A stretch of 64,000 bases of DNA, from assembly GCF_033153115.1 (NCBI RefSeq), contig NW_026889753.1, positions 9,920,001 to 9,984,000 of the forward strand, in the 5' to 3' direction. Shown piece after piece: positions 37,576 through 49,766 of this stretch. Each line of letters starts with the position of its first letter. Position 1 is the stretch's first letter. The notes under the pieces were generated by a model. That model saw only the letters and a list, made by a program, of their open reading frames with translations. It searched no databases and was not told the DNA's origin. The translations under genes were made by a program, and so were the position numbers. Source of the stretch: Saccostrea echinata. Taxonomy: Eukaryota.

Positions 37576-37930
37576 TATAGTGTCCTTGAAAAAATGCATA
37601 TTGGGCGAGGCGTAAGCATCTTTTTATGATTAACGAAATTCAAATTAGTGTCGGATGGCATAAATTTCACAATAAGCGAGTTTATTGGTCTTTAGAGACG
37701 ACAAGAAAGAGTTAGGAGATGGATAAAATATACAGATTGGCTATAGAATATGTATAGAATAAGGGAATGAAATGTAGTTGATTGACCAATGCTGGAGAGC
37801 GGCGAAATACATCCCCAAAGTGCGAGGAAAATCTTGCGCCTTAAGTTGCACCATATTTGCAAAACGGTATCTGAAGAGTTAGTGTCAAAAACTAAAATAT
37901 AAAACCATAACGCTACAGTTCTGCATCTAC

Positions 37931-38253
37931 TATTTTTATTAGTCCCCTACCGGTGAAACCGGAGGGGACTATAGGTTTCCTCTGAGTCTGTCCGTCCGTC
38001 TGTCTGTCTGTCCCTCTGTCTGTCTGTCATTCTGTCCCACTTGGTTTTCCGCACTTTTTTCCTAAGCCTGCAGATATTGAGCTGATTTTTGGTATGTGAG
38101 TGTATCTTGATGAGTTACAGATCAAGTTTGCATTTCGTCCCGCTTCATTAATTTTTGACAGAATTATGGCATTTTCAATTCTTAACGGGAACCAGATTAC
38201 ACTTGCCGGTAGGGGACTAGTATTGCTAATGCAATACTCTCAGAATGCTTGTT
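37931..38253 (+). mobile_element. Helentron-associated (HINE/pearl-like) non-autonomous element
   Basis: T-run start, subterminal IR agtcccctaccgg / ccggtaggggact, (GTCY)n microsatellite, and a 3' stem-loop gtattgc-taat-gcaatac. Confidence 0.7.
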
Positions 38254-38428
38254 GAAAAGGCATTTGTCAATGATGTCAAAAATCCTGGACTTAATTTATA
38301 TTTGGGAATGATTGTTTAAAGCATGAACAGGCTTACGTTTTAATGCTCTTGATTGTGGTAGAATTTTTCGAAAAAAATTCCTTGAGTTTAATAGTACATC
38401 TATTCACATCTGATTAATATCACTTCTC

Positions 38429-39644
38429 TACGGAAGCCCATTTAGGACCTATCAAAAAATATTTTAGAATTCGATATAACGAATTGTTGAATTTGTTATA
38501 ACAAAGAGCTAGGTTCACTTTATGCATAAAATGGCCCTGTTCTTATATCAATTACTTGATTATCACTTTCTGCCCCATGTCATATATCAAAATAAAGTAG
38601 AGACTTAGCACTCTCATCTCCTATAACAAGATTTCTTTTGGAGAATTCGGGTATTGGAAAACAGGCTTTGTGAAAATGCAATGTTCTTGAATTTTGCAGA
38701 AAACAGGCATATTTGACTACATTCAGCAAATAATTAAAATAAGAGCACAGTCCTCGATCCAAAAATTTAAATATGTTTTATGATCTTAAGAAACAGACCT
38801 TTCATTATGTAATTGCATATTTTGGATCAGAGGTTGTGCTCTATATGAAATATTGAAAAAATACTCCAACTTTTGGCCATTTTTAAAGGAATTTACAGGA
38901 TATGATAAAAATGACGCATTTTATGACGTCATAATGCATTGACTAGAAAGAAAATTACGTCATGTTCAATAGATAAACGGTCACCAAGGGTCCAAGTAAT
39001 AAATTCTGCATTTTCAACCAAAACTGAGCAGTTTCGATTTTTCAGAAATTCTCAGGGCCAAAAAAGGCCCTAAGTGGCTCTTGCTCTTTAATTCGTTATA
39101 ACAGTTTATTTGAATTCGTTATAACGAATTTAATCTGTTATAACAAATTTGTTGAATTCATTATAACGAATTCAAAAATTGGTTATAACGAATTAAATTC
39201 GTTTAAACAAATTCTAAAATTTGTTATAACAAATTAAATTCGTTTAAACGAATTCTAAAATTTGTTATAACAAATTAAATTCGTTTGAACGAATTCTAAA
39301 ATTTGTTACAACGAATTAAATTCGTTTAATCAAATTCAGGGCCTGTACAATCAGGACCTGTAGAAAAATATAAATTTAATTCGTTATAACAAATTAAAGA
39401 ATTCATTTTAACGAATTAAATTCGTTATAACAAGTTTTAGAATTCATTATAACGAATTTAATTCGTTATAACAAAATTTTCAATTCGTTATAACGAATTC
39501 AACAAATTTGTTATAACAGATTAAATTCGTTATAACGAATTCAAAGAAACTGTTATAACGAATTAAATTCGTTATAACAAATTTGACAATTCGTTAAATC
39601 GAATTCAAAAATATTTTTTGATAGGTCCTAAATGGGCTTCCGTA
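38429..39644. mobile_element. IS3EU-like MITE filled with palindromic minisatellite, with a nested insert at ~38505-39087
   Basis: TACGG...CCGTA termini, 6 bp TSD CTTCTC, and internal aattcgttataacgaatt units. Confidence 0.7.
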
Positions 39645-39722
39645 CTTCTCGAATGTGTTGTTATACACTACTGAAGTTTCTCCTTTACTGCTGTTAATAA
39701 TTTTGTGATGAGTAAAGAATGA

Positions 39723-40343
39723 TATGGAAGCCCATTTAGGACCTATCAAAAATATTTTTGAATTCGATATAACGAATTGTTGAAATTGATGTAACGAATT
39801 AAATTCGCTATATCAGTTTCTTTGAATTCGTTATAACAATTTAATTTGTTATAACAACTTTGTTGAATTTGTTATAACGAATTCCAAAAATTGTTATGAC
39901 GAATTAAACTCGATTTAACGAATTTTAAAACTTGTTATAACGAATTAAATTCGTAAAAACGAATTCTTTAATACGTTATTATGAATTAAATTCGTTTTAA
40001 TAAATTGGACAATTCGTTACAATGAATTCATTTATATTTTACTATAGACCATAATTGTTGAATTTGAATAAACGGATTTAATTCGTTAAAACACATTTTA
40101 CAATTTGTTTAAACGAATTTAATTTGTTGTAACAAATTAAATAAATTGTTAAAACGAAGTTAATCTGTTTTAACTAATTTTTGAATTCTCTATAACGAAT
40201 TCAACAAATTTGTTGTAACAAATTTAAATTCGTTATATAATGAACTCAAAAAATTGTTATAACGATTTTAATTCGTCATAACAAATTCGACAATTCGTCC
40301 TATCGAATTAAAAAAAAAGATAGGTCCTAAATGGGCTTCCGTA
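39723..40343. mobile_element. Second, more diverged copy of the same palindromic-minisatellite MITE
   Basis: TATGGAAGCCCATTTAGGACCTATC ... GATAGGTCCTAAATGGGCTTCCGTA. Confidence 0.75.
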
Positions 40344-40352
40344 GAAAAATAC

Positions 40353-40650
40353 TTGATTGATTGATTGATTGATTGTATTTTGTTTTACGTCCCTCTCGAG
40401 AATTTTTCACTCATACGGAGACGCCACCACTTGCCGGTGGAGAGCTGCAAATTTTGTCCCATACTCGGCACTTACGGCCATTGAGCAGTGAGGGATCTTT
40501 TTCGTGCCAGTACCTACTGCGACACGGGACCTCGGTTTATACGGTCTCATCCGAAGGACCGGTCTCCACGTCCCACAATGGGATTCGAACCCGCGACGTA
40601 CTTCGCGACTCTAGAGCAGACGCTCTAACCACTGCGCCACTCGGGCGACG
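40353..40650 (-). mobile_element. tRNA-derived SINE
   Basis: Reverse complement of the 54088 family. A and B boxes; (TGAT)n tail. Confidence 0.8.
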
Positions 40651-42058
40651 AAAGAGGCTTGAAGAACTCGTTATAATATCTTTGTTTGTAAGTATTACGG
40701 CGCGCTTCTAGCGCCTCGGGAATTGCTCTGGAATGCCTTACGCGCAGCAACACCTATGTCCTTCGTCCTTTGGATGATTCCTTTTTGACCCTTAAAAAAC
40801 GACAAGATTGAAGTTCAATACAGTTTATTGTCTCGTGTCCAGAACGTAAGTGAACAATATATTACAACAATATAAAGATTGATTAATTTACAAGTATTAA
40901 GATAATTGATAAATAGTAAGATATAAAATATAAAATATTATTTAAATTACCAAGTAACTTAAAATGATAATATAGAAACACTAAAACAATACAGTGGGCC
41001 GCCATTATGGTGACGACCATGTTGAAAACTTACTTCCGGTTACATTTCCGGTACTAAAACATTACAAAGAGTTATGGGGTCCGATTCATTTTTACACAAG
41101 TGAAATAGAATAAAATGTAATAATAGAAGAAGTTTAAACTCCATTTTAATCGTATACTTAACTTAAATAATACGTTGAAGTATAATAATTATTTTCAGAC
41201 TTAATTAAGTTTAAAAGGAATAATTAACTCATAATGTGATGTCCTTTTAGTAAATTTTACAATAAATACGTTTAATCCTAGATTTAATTCACAATTAGTA
41301 ATTCAAAGTGTTAATTCAGAATGAAACTAGATTCTTAATAAAAATGCTAAATATTCTTCGTCAAAATGGAATAATGAACATTTCAATACTGACCTTAAAT
41401 TACGCAAAGGTTCAATACAGTTTATATTCTCGTGCCCAGAGTGTAAGTGACGGGAGAGAGACGAGAGAACAAACTTAAACCTCGAACCTGTCCTTGGAGA
41501 GGTCACTCAAAGGGGGTTAATCATATTTAATTACCATTGTCATTAATATATTAATAAATTAAATCAATATCCCTAACGGAGCCTCGCATGGAAACCGTCC
41601 CTTATTACCTAGAGTTTAATTCAACTTGCCGAAGAGTTTCCCACTTTTTCTGGCATCTATTGTTACGAGTCATTCCTGCAGTGAAAGTAAATTAGCTCAA
41701 ATACCTACGTACTGACGGATGAATAGATAAACAAGCAAATATTTATATTACAAATTAACTTTACCATTTGATAATTGCCAATATGTGAGAATGTATTATT
41801 CTAAAATAAAATGTAACATATTTTTGATCAAAAAATTTAAGGAAACTTACATGTATGCGTGAATGTTAATCCGAACAAGCGTAATTTATTTATTTAGAAG
41901 GCACACTTAATTCCATAAATTTCCTATTCTCGAAATCATAAACTTTTAAATAAAACTTACCTATAATTTAGTTATAAAAATAAAATAATGAAGTTTAAAA
42001 AAATATTGATAATTATTGATTATATATTAAAATTATGAAATTAAAATAAAATTACGAG

Positions 42059-43726
42059 GTGTATTTGTGCGTCTAACACTGAGTTTTCCTCTTATTGTTG
42101 AACTCAGTTTCATGAAACCTTAAAGACACCGACACCAACAATTTTTGAATTTTATATAGACTTAGCAAGGAATATCCTTTACATGAGTTTGAGATGTTTT
42201 ATTGAGCGAATGGGGACATTTTAGCGACATGTATATGACAAGATTAAAGAAGTGAAATATTATTATTTCTAAGTGAATTTAATCATGGCGACATAGATAT
42301 TGCGCTTCATATCTACGAGAATTTGGTTACAGAGAAGGGAAAAATATCGGTTTCATGAGTTTTTGATATGAGCCACTGCATGTGTTACACAACAATGGTC
42401 GTAAATTGCATCATATATGTTATACATTGTAGAATAAGTGTTAATACATATAAACAGAATAGAATTAAGAGATTAACTTTGTCATTTCTGATTGTCCCTT
42501 GGATGGGAAAAGACTGTGTAGAATTCATAAAATTTATCACATTTGCAAAAATACACGAAAAGTTTTTATAACAATTTACACATTTAGTCCGAAAAGTTAA
42601 CTTACAAAGAATTTATTATATTAAGGCCGAAAAAGTAATATTTTACATCGTTACAGATGCTCCGACTTCGCGTAAAACACGTCCTCTTGTTTTGAATTTT
42701 AGTTAATAAATTGTCTCTTCTTGGTTTTTCCTGATGTCTATACGTTGTTGAAATTGTCGTTTATTTTCCACAAACATGACAAAAGATTATCTCTTTCGTC
42801 CTCCAATATTTGGATGGTCTGTAGCTGGGCATTGTTTTCTTCCCTTAACTGTTTGGTTGTTTTCTCAGCTTCTGCCTGAATTTGCATTACATACTGATTA
42901 TGTTCCTTACCAATCTTGTTAAATTTCTTCTGCAATAAATCCATAATCACTCTAACACGGCGCGCGTTGTCTTCCAGTTTGCGAATTTCCTCACGATAGA
43001 TGTTAACATTAGAATTGTTAGACTGTTCTTGCATCTTCTTTTTCATGACCATGTTTTCATTTTGAAGTTTTTTGATTTCAGCTTTTGTTAATTTTTTTGT
43101 TAATTTGCAATTGGCCGTTAAACCCCTATTCTCTTTATTTGCATTGCATATTTGAATTTTAAGATTTTTTCAGCTCAGTTCGTAGAGCACACAAATTATC
43201 ACATAATGAACGAAACTGACTGTCCCGAAGAGAACTGAATGGCAATTCTCGCAGAATTCGTTTGTTTGCGAGATACCTGCACAGTCGTTTCATGTCTCGC
43301 ACCTTTTCCCTGCTAGCAACTGTCCATTGTCGTCACTATTTGGGTTTGTTTCTTTAATCTGTGTGAAGCACATCCTGGAATAATGTCCAATTTTCTGACA
43401 TCGATAGCACTTCTGGTTAAACGTAAGGATGCAAGTTTCTGCACCATCCGCACACTAGATGCTGACTTGAAGGGAAGGTGAACTTCTTCCGTCTCCACTG
43501 TGGCCGGAAAGAATATTCTATTGCTGTACCTAACACGTCTGCTTCACTCGCTTTTTCGCTTTTTAGAGGTCCAGGATCAGACTACTACAGAATAGCAGTC
43601 CCGGAGGTCGTTGCCATTCAATTTCTCCAACGAAATATTGCAGTATGAATTTGTGCGTCTTATACTATTTCTGGACCAATCCTGAGTTTTCCTCTTATTG
43701 TTGAACCCAGATTCATAACTCCAACA
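42059..43726 (-). mobile_element. Degenerate non-autonomous element with short direct repeats, a CCHC zinc knuckle and a coiled coil
   Basis: Direct repeat ctgagttttcctcttattgttgaac at ~42079 and ~43682. Minus-strand CYRCQKIGHYSRMC at ~43368-43410, LPFSSLRDSQFR at ~43210-43245, and coiled-coil ORF 42738-43052. Confidence 0.5.
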
Positions 43727-43728
43727 AG

Positions 43729-43730
<2 letters not shown>

Positions 43731-43803
<73 letters not shown>
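43731..43803. repeat. (TA)n microsatellite
   Basis: About 36 TA units. Confidence 0.95.
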
Positions 43804-43805
<2 letters not shown>

Positions 43806-43996
43806 AGTGCACGAGCAAATTCAATTAGAAACCCAGTGAAAGGTATAAGTTGTGATGAAGATATTAAAACACTGGAAACGAGCGGTGATTAACAATCAAA
43901 TTACTTTTTCAATATTTTTCCTAATAACCAAGCAAGCAAGCATACTTTTCCCAAGACATTTTAGAGTCAATATGAAAACAGAGAACAATCATTTGA

Positions 43997-46114
43997 TTAA
44001 GATTTAACGGCGGCGACTAATCTGTTCCAAAACATTTCTTTCCCTGATTTTTCGTTGGTCCACTCTATGAAAGTGATTGTTTTCAGAAGAACATGTAAGG
44101 AATTGGTCATGTTTTTTGTGAGGATGTTCTCTAAAATAACCACAATCACGGTCTCCTTTCCATTATTTATTAACCTTAGTTGCGCCAACATAGTTTCGAA
44201 CCGACACCAATGGCTCTGTGCAAAGCTGTTAGAGAGAATGATCAGGACTTTTCGACTTCTATGCATGGTATCGGTGATATTGTCTACAATTAGTTTACCC
44301 ACTTGGAAATCTCTGTCATGCAAGCAGAGTTTTAAGTTTTCTTCTTTTTCAAGTTTTGGTATCAGTTCTGAAATAACCCATATTCTGTCATTTGAATTGT
44401 AGGCCAGGAAAACGTCATATGCAAATTCATCTCCAGCTAGGATTTCATAACCACGTCTTTTGGCACGTAAGAGATACAAATAGTATTTAATGTGCCAGCG
44501 TTTTTGGTAAAATAAGCAAGACAAACAAGTGATGAATGTTCCTCCAAACGAAATGGAAATAGCCAATATGATGTATGGACTGAGGGGATGACAAAATAAA
44601 TAACTTAAATGAAAGTCTGCTAAACGTCTTCCCCTCCATTCTTGTGGAAGATGACATTTGTAACCAGAGGGCCATCGCAAAAGTTGTTGTGAATTGTGTC
44701 CGATCCAATCTCGAAACCAAACTAGATCGCAAGTGCACATGAAAGGATTTTTTCTCAAACTAATGTTTTTAATTTCGTTAGGAATATTTGACTCGTTTAT
44801 GGTCGTTATCAAATTGTGATCTAAATTGAGGACTTCTAGAGCTGATGATTTAAATATTTCTAAGTGTGATTCATTGAAAAAACAATTTTGTAAGTTGATA
44901 GACGTCAAATTTGGCATGATAGAGAATAAGGCCTTTGGGAAAGTTGACAGAGATGTGCTCTTTAAGGTTAGACTTGTAAGCTTGGTAAGAGGTCTAAGGA
45001 GATCAAGAACTTTTCTGTCTTGATCACGAGTAACGCTAAACTGTATTCCAGTCATATCTAGTATCTTCAAACTACGAGAATGGTTAAAAATATTCTTATT
45101 GTGCTTCAAAATCTTGAATTTATTTGCCATATATAGGGTCTTCAGAGAGGTACTATTAAAGGAGAGGTCACTAAATGTTACCGAATGATCTAAATTTGCG
45201 ACTGATAAGTACTGCAATGTAGATAAATCTGCAATCAGGTTTTCAGGTACAAATTTGATTTTGTTATGTCCCAGCTTCAGACTCTTGAGGTTTGGCAAGC
45301 ACTGTCCATGGAAGTTTTTTCTAGTTACATCATATAAAAAGTTGTCACTAAGATCAAGGACTTTAAGTAATGGAAAACTTGGACGTTGCTTATGCGGAAG
45401 ACAAAATTTTGGGACTTCCGTTAATTTGTTTTCCTTCAAAATAAGAATTTCCAAGTTTGGCATCACTTTCTTAAATTTAACAATTGAAATGCGGTTGTTT
45501 TTTAAAGAAATCTTTTTCATTGATTTAGGTAAAGAATATAAATTTCCACTGAAGTTATGAATTAAATTGTCATCCAAGTGCAATCTCTGCAAAGTTTTTA
45601 TATCTGAGAATGAGTGGTCTGATATATTAGCCAAGAGCATTTTAGTAAGATAAATATCTTGTATTGCACTGTCTTTTAATCCATAAACCACTCTCCTAAT
45701 TTCTGAGGCATTTAGATTTGTGTTTTTACTCAGGTCAAGAAAGTGTAAACGAGGAAGCTCCCGAAAAGCGTTTTTATCGACTTCATGAATCCGGTTGTCT
45801 CGCAAAATAAGTTTCGTTATGTTAAGTTTGGATACGTTGTAAAACGTGTCATTTCTCAAACGAGGTAAAAAATTTCCACAGAATCTTAGAGTTATGATGT
45901 TTGCTGGAAGAGGAGGAATGTGCTGCAATCCTTTCCCACGATGCACACATGCTGCTTCATTGTTCCGACACGCACACAACTTCGGACACGCAATATTTTC
46001 TTGCACCGACGCAACTTCAGTTTGTAATGATATAAGATTGATAAGAATTAGGGTCCTGACCATTTTGAAATTAAAACAATCTAAAATTCCTTTTAGTCTT
46101 AGCAGTGACTGCAT
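43997..46114 (-). CDS. TLR: Toll-like receptor B (single exon), up to 705 aa; likely start at 46063 (MVRTLILI...)
   Basis: LRRNT CPKLCAC, LRRs, LRRCT NPFMCTC, a TM helix, and a TIR domain nearly identical to TLR-A. Confidence 0.95.
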   Translation of the reverse strand: MQSLLRLKGILDCFNFKMVRTLILINLISLQTEVASVQENIACPKLCACRNNEAACVHRGKGLQHIPPLPANIITLRFCGNFLPRLRNDTFYNVSKLNITKLILRDNRIHEVDKNAFRELPRLHFLDLSKNTNLNASEIRRVVYGLKDSAIQDIYLTKMLLANISDHSFSDIKTLQRLHLDDNLIHNFSGNLYSLPKSMKKISLKNNRISIVKFKKVMPNLEILILKENKLTEVPKFCLPHKQRPSFPLLKVLDLSDNFLYDVTRKNFHGQCLPNLKSLKLGHNKIKFVPENLIADLSTLQYLSVANLDHSVTFSDLSFNSTSLKTLYMANKFKILKHNKNIFNHSRSLKILDMTGIQFSVTRDQDRKVLDLLRPLTKLTSLTLKSTSLSTFPKALFSIMPNLTSINLQNCFFNESHLEIFKSSALEVLNLDHNLITTINESNIPNEIKNISLRKNPFMCTCDLVWFRDWIGHNSQQLLRWPSGYKCHLPQEWRGRRLADFHLSYLFCHPLSPYIILAISISFGGTFITCLSCLFYQKRWHIKYYLYLLRAKRRGYEILAGDEFAYDVFLAYNSNDRIWVISELIPKLEKEENLKLCLHDRDFQVGKLIVDNITDTMHRSRKVLIILSNSFAQSHWCRFETMLAQLRLINNGKETVIVVILENILTKNMTNSLHVLLKTITFIEWTNEKSGKEMFWNRLVAAVKS

Positions 46115-47239
46115 AGTATTTTAATATTTTTTTCGCAGGGAAAAAACCTATATCATTAGAGATCGTTTAGTTTTGTAAGCCGATTGTTTCTTTCATATGC
46201 TATAAGTATACAGATTTTAATGGTCAAGAGTGAACATATTCATCACCTTTTCAATTATCAACTTCACAAGCACGATTTGTTTACAGGAAGTTCAAATCGT
46301 ATAAATCGTTGTATTGATAATCCTCCAATACATGAAAGTTGAAAGTAAACAAGGGCTCTCTATTTCAGAACTGATATTGGCAAAATTATGAAAAAAATGT
46401 TATTGAATCTTAATGCCATGTCTTTATATACACTTGAACAAGGAGTGCTTCCTTAAACTGAAACGACAGTTCTCTACCCCTTGTATAGTTATATTAATTA
46501 ATCAACCACTTTTACTAAGCTGTTTTGAACACATGTATAGACTTTACTCATATCTTTAATACTTAAATTCTACATCTCAAAAAAAAACTTTCCGTCAATA
46601 TTTTAATTTTTTCCTGTGTTACAAGATTTTTTTTATAGTACTTCCAAATGAGAATTGATAAATATATATTATATGTTCCGTGATTTGGCTTTTAACGACA
46701 TGAAGTAAAAATACATCACGTATGTAAAAATGATAATTTTTCAAGAAACTAATTTCGACGCCCTGTCAAGAAAACGTGCTTTACATTAACATGCTGTTGG
46801 ATAAAGATTTCAAGTATACATATATTTATTATCGAAACACATGTCTAAGAAAAACTAATCGTAAAAAGCCACGTTTATGTTTCCCATTATTGTTGTAAAT
46901 GGTCTTTCGATTTGTTCAAACTGTTCAAACTTTGTTTTACTTCTGTATACACTATACTAGCTTGTAAAATTTCTTTTATGCCTTTGCTCTGTCCGTCCGT
47001 CTGTTCGTTAGCTGTCTGTCTGTCTGTTTATCCACAGAAAACTTTAACCTGCCCCTAAGGTTTGATTGGCTCGAGCTATGGCTTTCATGTTTAATAAGCC
47101 TATTCCTTGTGACAAGACCTTTCCTTGGGTACCAGCATATTTTGACTCCTGTGCCTGAAGTTCACCCACTTTTGCAAAATATAACCAAACTTAACCTTGG
47201 CCGTAACATGTGAAAGATTGATCCTTTCCCTATGGATAT

Positions 47240-48861
47240 AATGACAATGTCAATAGTGTTAGAAATCTTTCCAGTTCACAGTGTAAATGTGATAGGACTT
47301 TTTAACCATACACAGAGACGTTTGCGTAGTCATGGGCATCGGTCTTACAATAAAACCTTTAATACACGATGTCTCTTTTGATTCATTACTACCTTACGTA
47401 AATCAACAGTTAGGTCTACATCATATTCGCACCAAACTTTACTCTGTTCCTTTGAAACTTTTAAATAGTCTTCTTGAAAAAGTCAAGGAAAGTCCATTTT
47501 TTGATTCCTCGACACCAGAATATAGGCTCGGATCTGTGATTATGGATATTGCAAATCATAGGCTTTTTACCCACGTTTTACTGAAGAAAATGCAGCTAAA
47601 ACAATCCGTTTTTCCTGAACTTCAATATGCCAACAAAGGAATTGACGTAGTTAATATAAGTAATATTCTTAATTACAAAAGGGTCCAGTCTTGTATTCCA
47701 CCATATTTCAAGTTAAAGACTACACCTTGTATTTCCTACAAATATACATCGACTATTGCGTCCAAACTTTTTAATTACAAGAAAACTTTACAAGGCCTGG
47801 ATATCGAATATCTGAAACATAATCCTCCATCGTGTTTATGTTCTTCTTCACCCTATAACTATAGTATTGCTGGACACGTCATTACTGGTGACGTAAATAT
47901 AGTAAATAATGAGGACCTTCGATCACTTATTTTAAAAGGTCCTAAATATAGGGAACCCCGATCCTTCAATTGGCGTCGGAATTTCATAAATATTATGGAT
48001 TCTGTAGAGGATTACGCCAGGCGATGGGCCAGACATGAAAAAGAAGACCTTGACACTTTGTCAGAATGGATTAAATGTATCAGATGTATGTTAAAATCGC
48101 GCATTAAAAGATTGAGAGGCAATGTGAGAACCATCTATCCTTCTGTATTCAATAATCCAGAAATGAAAAAAGAATTAGATAGATTACATGATCAGTACGT
48201 ACTGGTCCCTGCAGACAAAGCAGGTAACAACATTGTCTTTGTTTGTAAGGCTCATTATATATTAAATGTATTTTAGAGGAACTTGGATTTAATTCTTCAA
48301 GTGGTAATCCAACTTATACTCATAGTTCCCTTTCTAAGGAAGACATTCTTCAAAATCATATGTCAGTTTTGAATATTTTTCATATTCCAAAAAACCAAAA
48401 TGAATTTGAATTACCATATCTATATTGGATTCCGAAACTTCATGAAAATCCTTACAAACAAAGATACATAACGGGTTCCAGTAAATGTTCTACCAAGTCT
48501 CTTTCTTTACTCCTCACAAAGATATTAACAGTAGTAAAGGAGAAACTTCAAGAGTACTGTGCAACAATATATTTGAGAAGTGGTGTAAATCAGATGTGGA
48601 TACTGAAAAATTCCAAGGAACTTTTGGAACATTTGAAATCAGAAAATTTTACCAAAATCAAAAACATAAAAACTTACGACTTTTCAACTTTATATACAAC
48701 TATTCCCCACGATAAATTAAAGTCCAGACTTTCTGACATCGATGACAGCTGCTTTTTCAATAAAAATGGAACTCGTAAATTTACTTACCTTATCATTGGT
48801 CATTTGCAAATTATTTTGTTTAAAAAACATTCTGATTGTACACACAAGTACTCTGAAGTTA
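47240..48861 (+). mobile_element. Penelope-like retroelement RT fragment (frameshifted, 3' truncated)
   Basis: Motifs KGPKYREP, VPADKAGNN, LPYLYWIPKLH and YDFSTLYTTIPH. Confidence 0.8.
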
Positions 48862-49766
48862 TCTCCATATTTCATTAGAGTGTTAAGCTGTATCCAAACT
48901 GTTGACAGAATATTTATTACCTATTACACCCGGTGCTAGATTTTCGATTGAGATTTATTGAACATTAGATAAGCCATTTTAAGGTTCCGACCTGAGTTTT
49001 GTTACATTCGAGCGCCAGATATAGAAGCTTTAGAAAGCATTCTATCAAGAAATTTCTTATAAGATTATCAAGATCTAGGAAATTTGGCTTGCAACTTTAG
49101 CAAAATTTTGGAACTAAAAGTAATTTGTATTTTCTTAAATTAAGAACTCCCATATTCGACATCACTCTTTTGATCTGACAAATACAAATGAAATTTCGTT
49201 TTGTTTTTTTTAACGTTTCTTTCGAGAATTTTTCACTGAAATTTCGCTGTTTGTCAATAAAAGCAATTGCATCTGTTCAAGCAACAATAACAATTCTCTC
49301 CTGAAATTGTAAAGGACATTTTAATCCAAGAAAAATATGTCGTAATCTGCAGGAAAAAGTCATCCGGCATATCATCTATGTGGAAAGGAGTGAGATATAC
49401 TTCTCTGAAAAAATCACTTTGTAATTTATGTATCACTTTTTAAATTTCCTTGCAAGCAGCAATTAGCTCTCCTTTAACGTCCAGAGATAGTAAATGAGGA
49501 AGCTTCCGGAAAACAAATTTATTCACTTGACCAAGTAATATGGTTCTTTCTCAAGACAGGGTTTGTCAGTTGTAGATTGGATATATTCTGACAAATATTT
49601 TCTCTCATGTGGATAAGAAAATTAAGCATAATCGTTTGCCTCATAATCTGCTCTGTTATTCTGAAGCACACAAACACTAGGATATGAAATATTTCCAAGT
49701 ATTGACGAAAACCTCATTTGTAGAAATAACAGAGAGTAGAGCCTAATACGTGTATCTATGTGCATT
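48862..49766 (-). pseudogene. Old TLR pseudogene (N-terminal LRR part only)
   Basis: Colinear nucleotide similarity to TLR-A ~35860-36886 (e.g. ccatattcgacatcactct, ccagagatagtaaatgaggaagcttccggaa, atgaaatatttccaagtat) with stops and indels. Small SINE-tail insert at ~49200. Confidence 0.75.

Noticed and set aside
39090-40310. CRISPR-like array
   Set aside because: The DNA is eukaryotic, the units abut without unique spacers, there are no cas genes, and the arrays lie inside TIR-bounded MITEs.
40373-40711. Short ORFs over SINEs (also 15553-15846 and 54041-54381)
   Set aside because: They are open frames within GC-richer SINE bodies or out-of-frame PON exon sequence.
46330-46350. ISRE-like gaaagttgaaagt and kB-like motifs upstream of the TLRs
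   Set aside because: Short imperfect matches are expected by chance in AT-rich DNA and cannot be supported from sequence alone.
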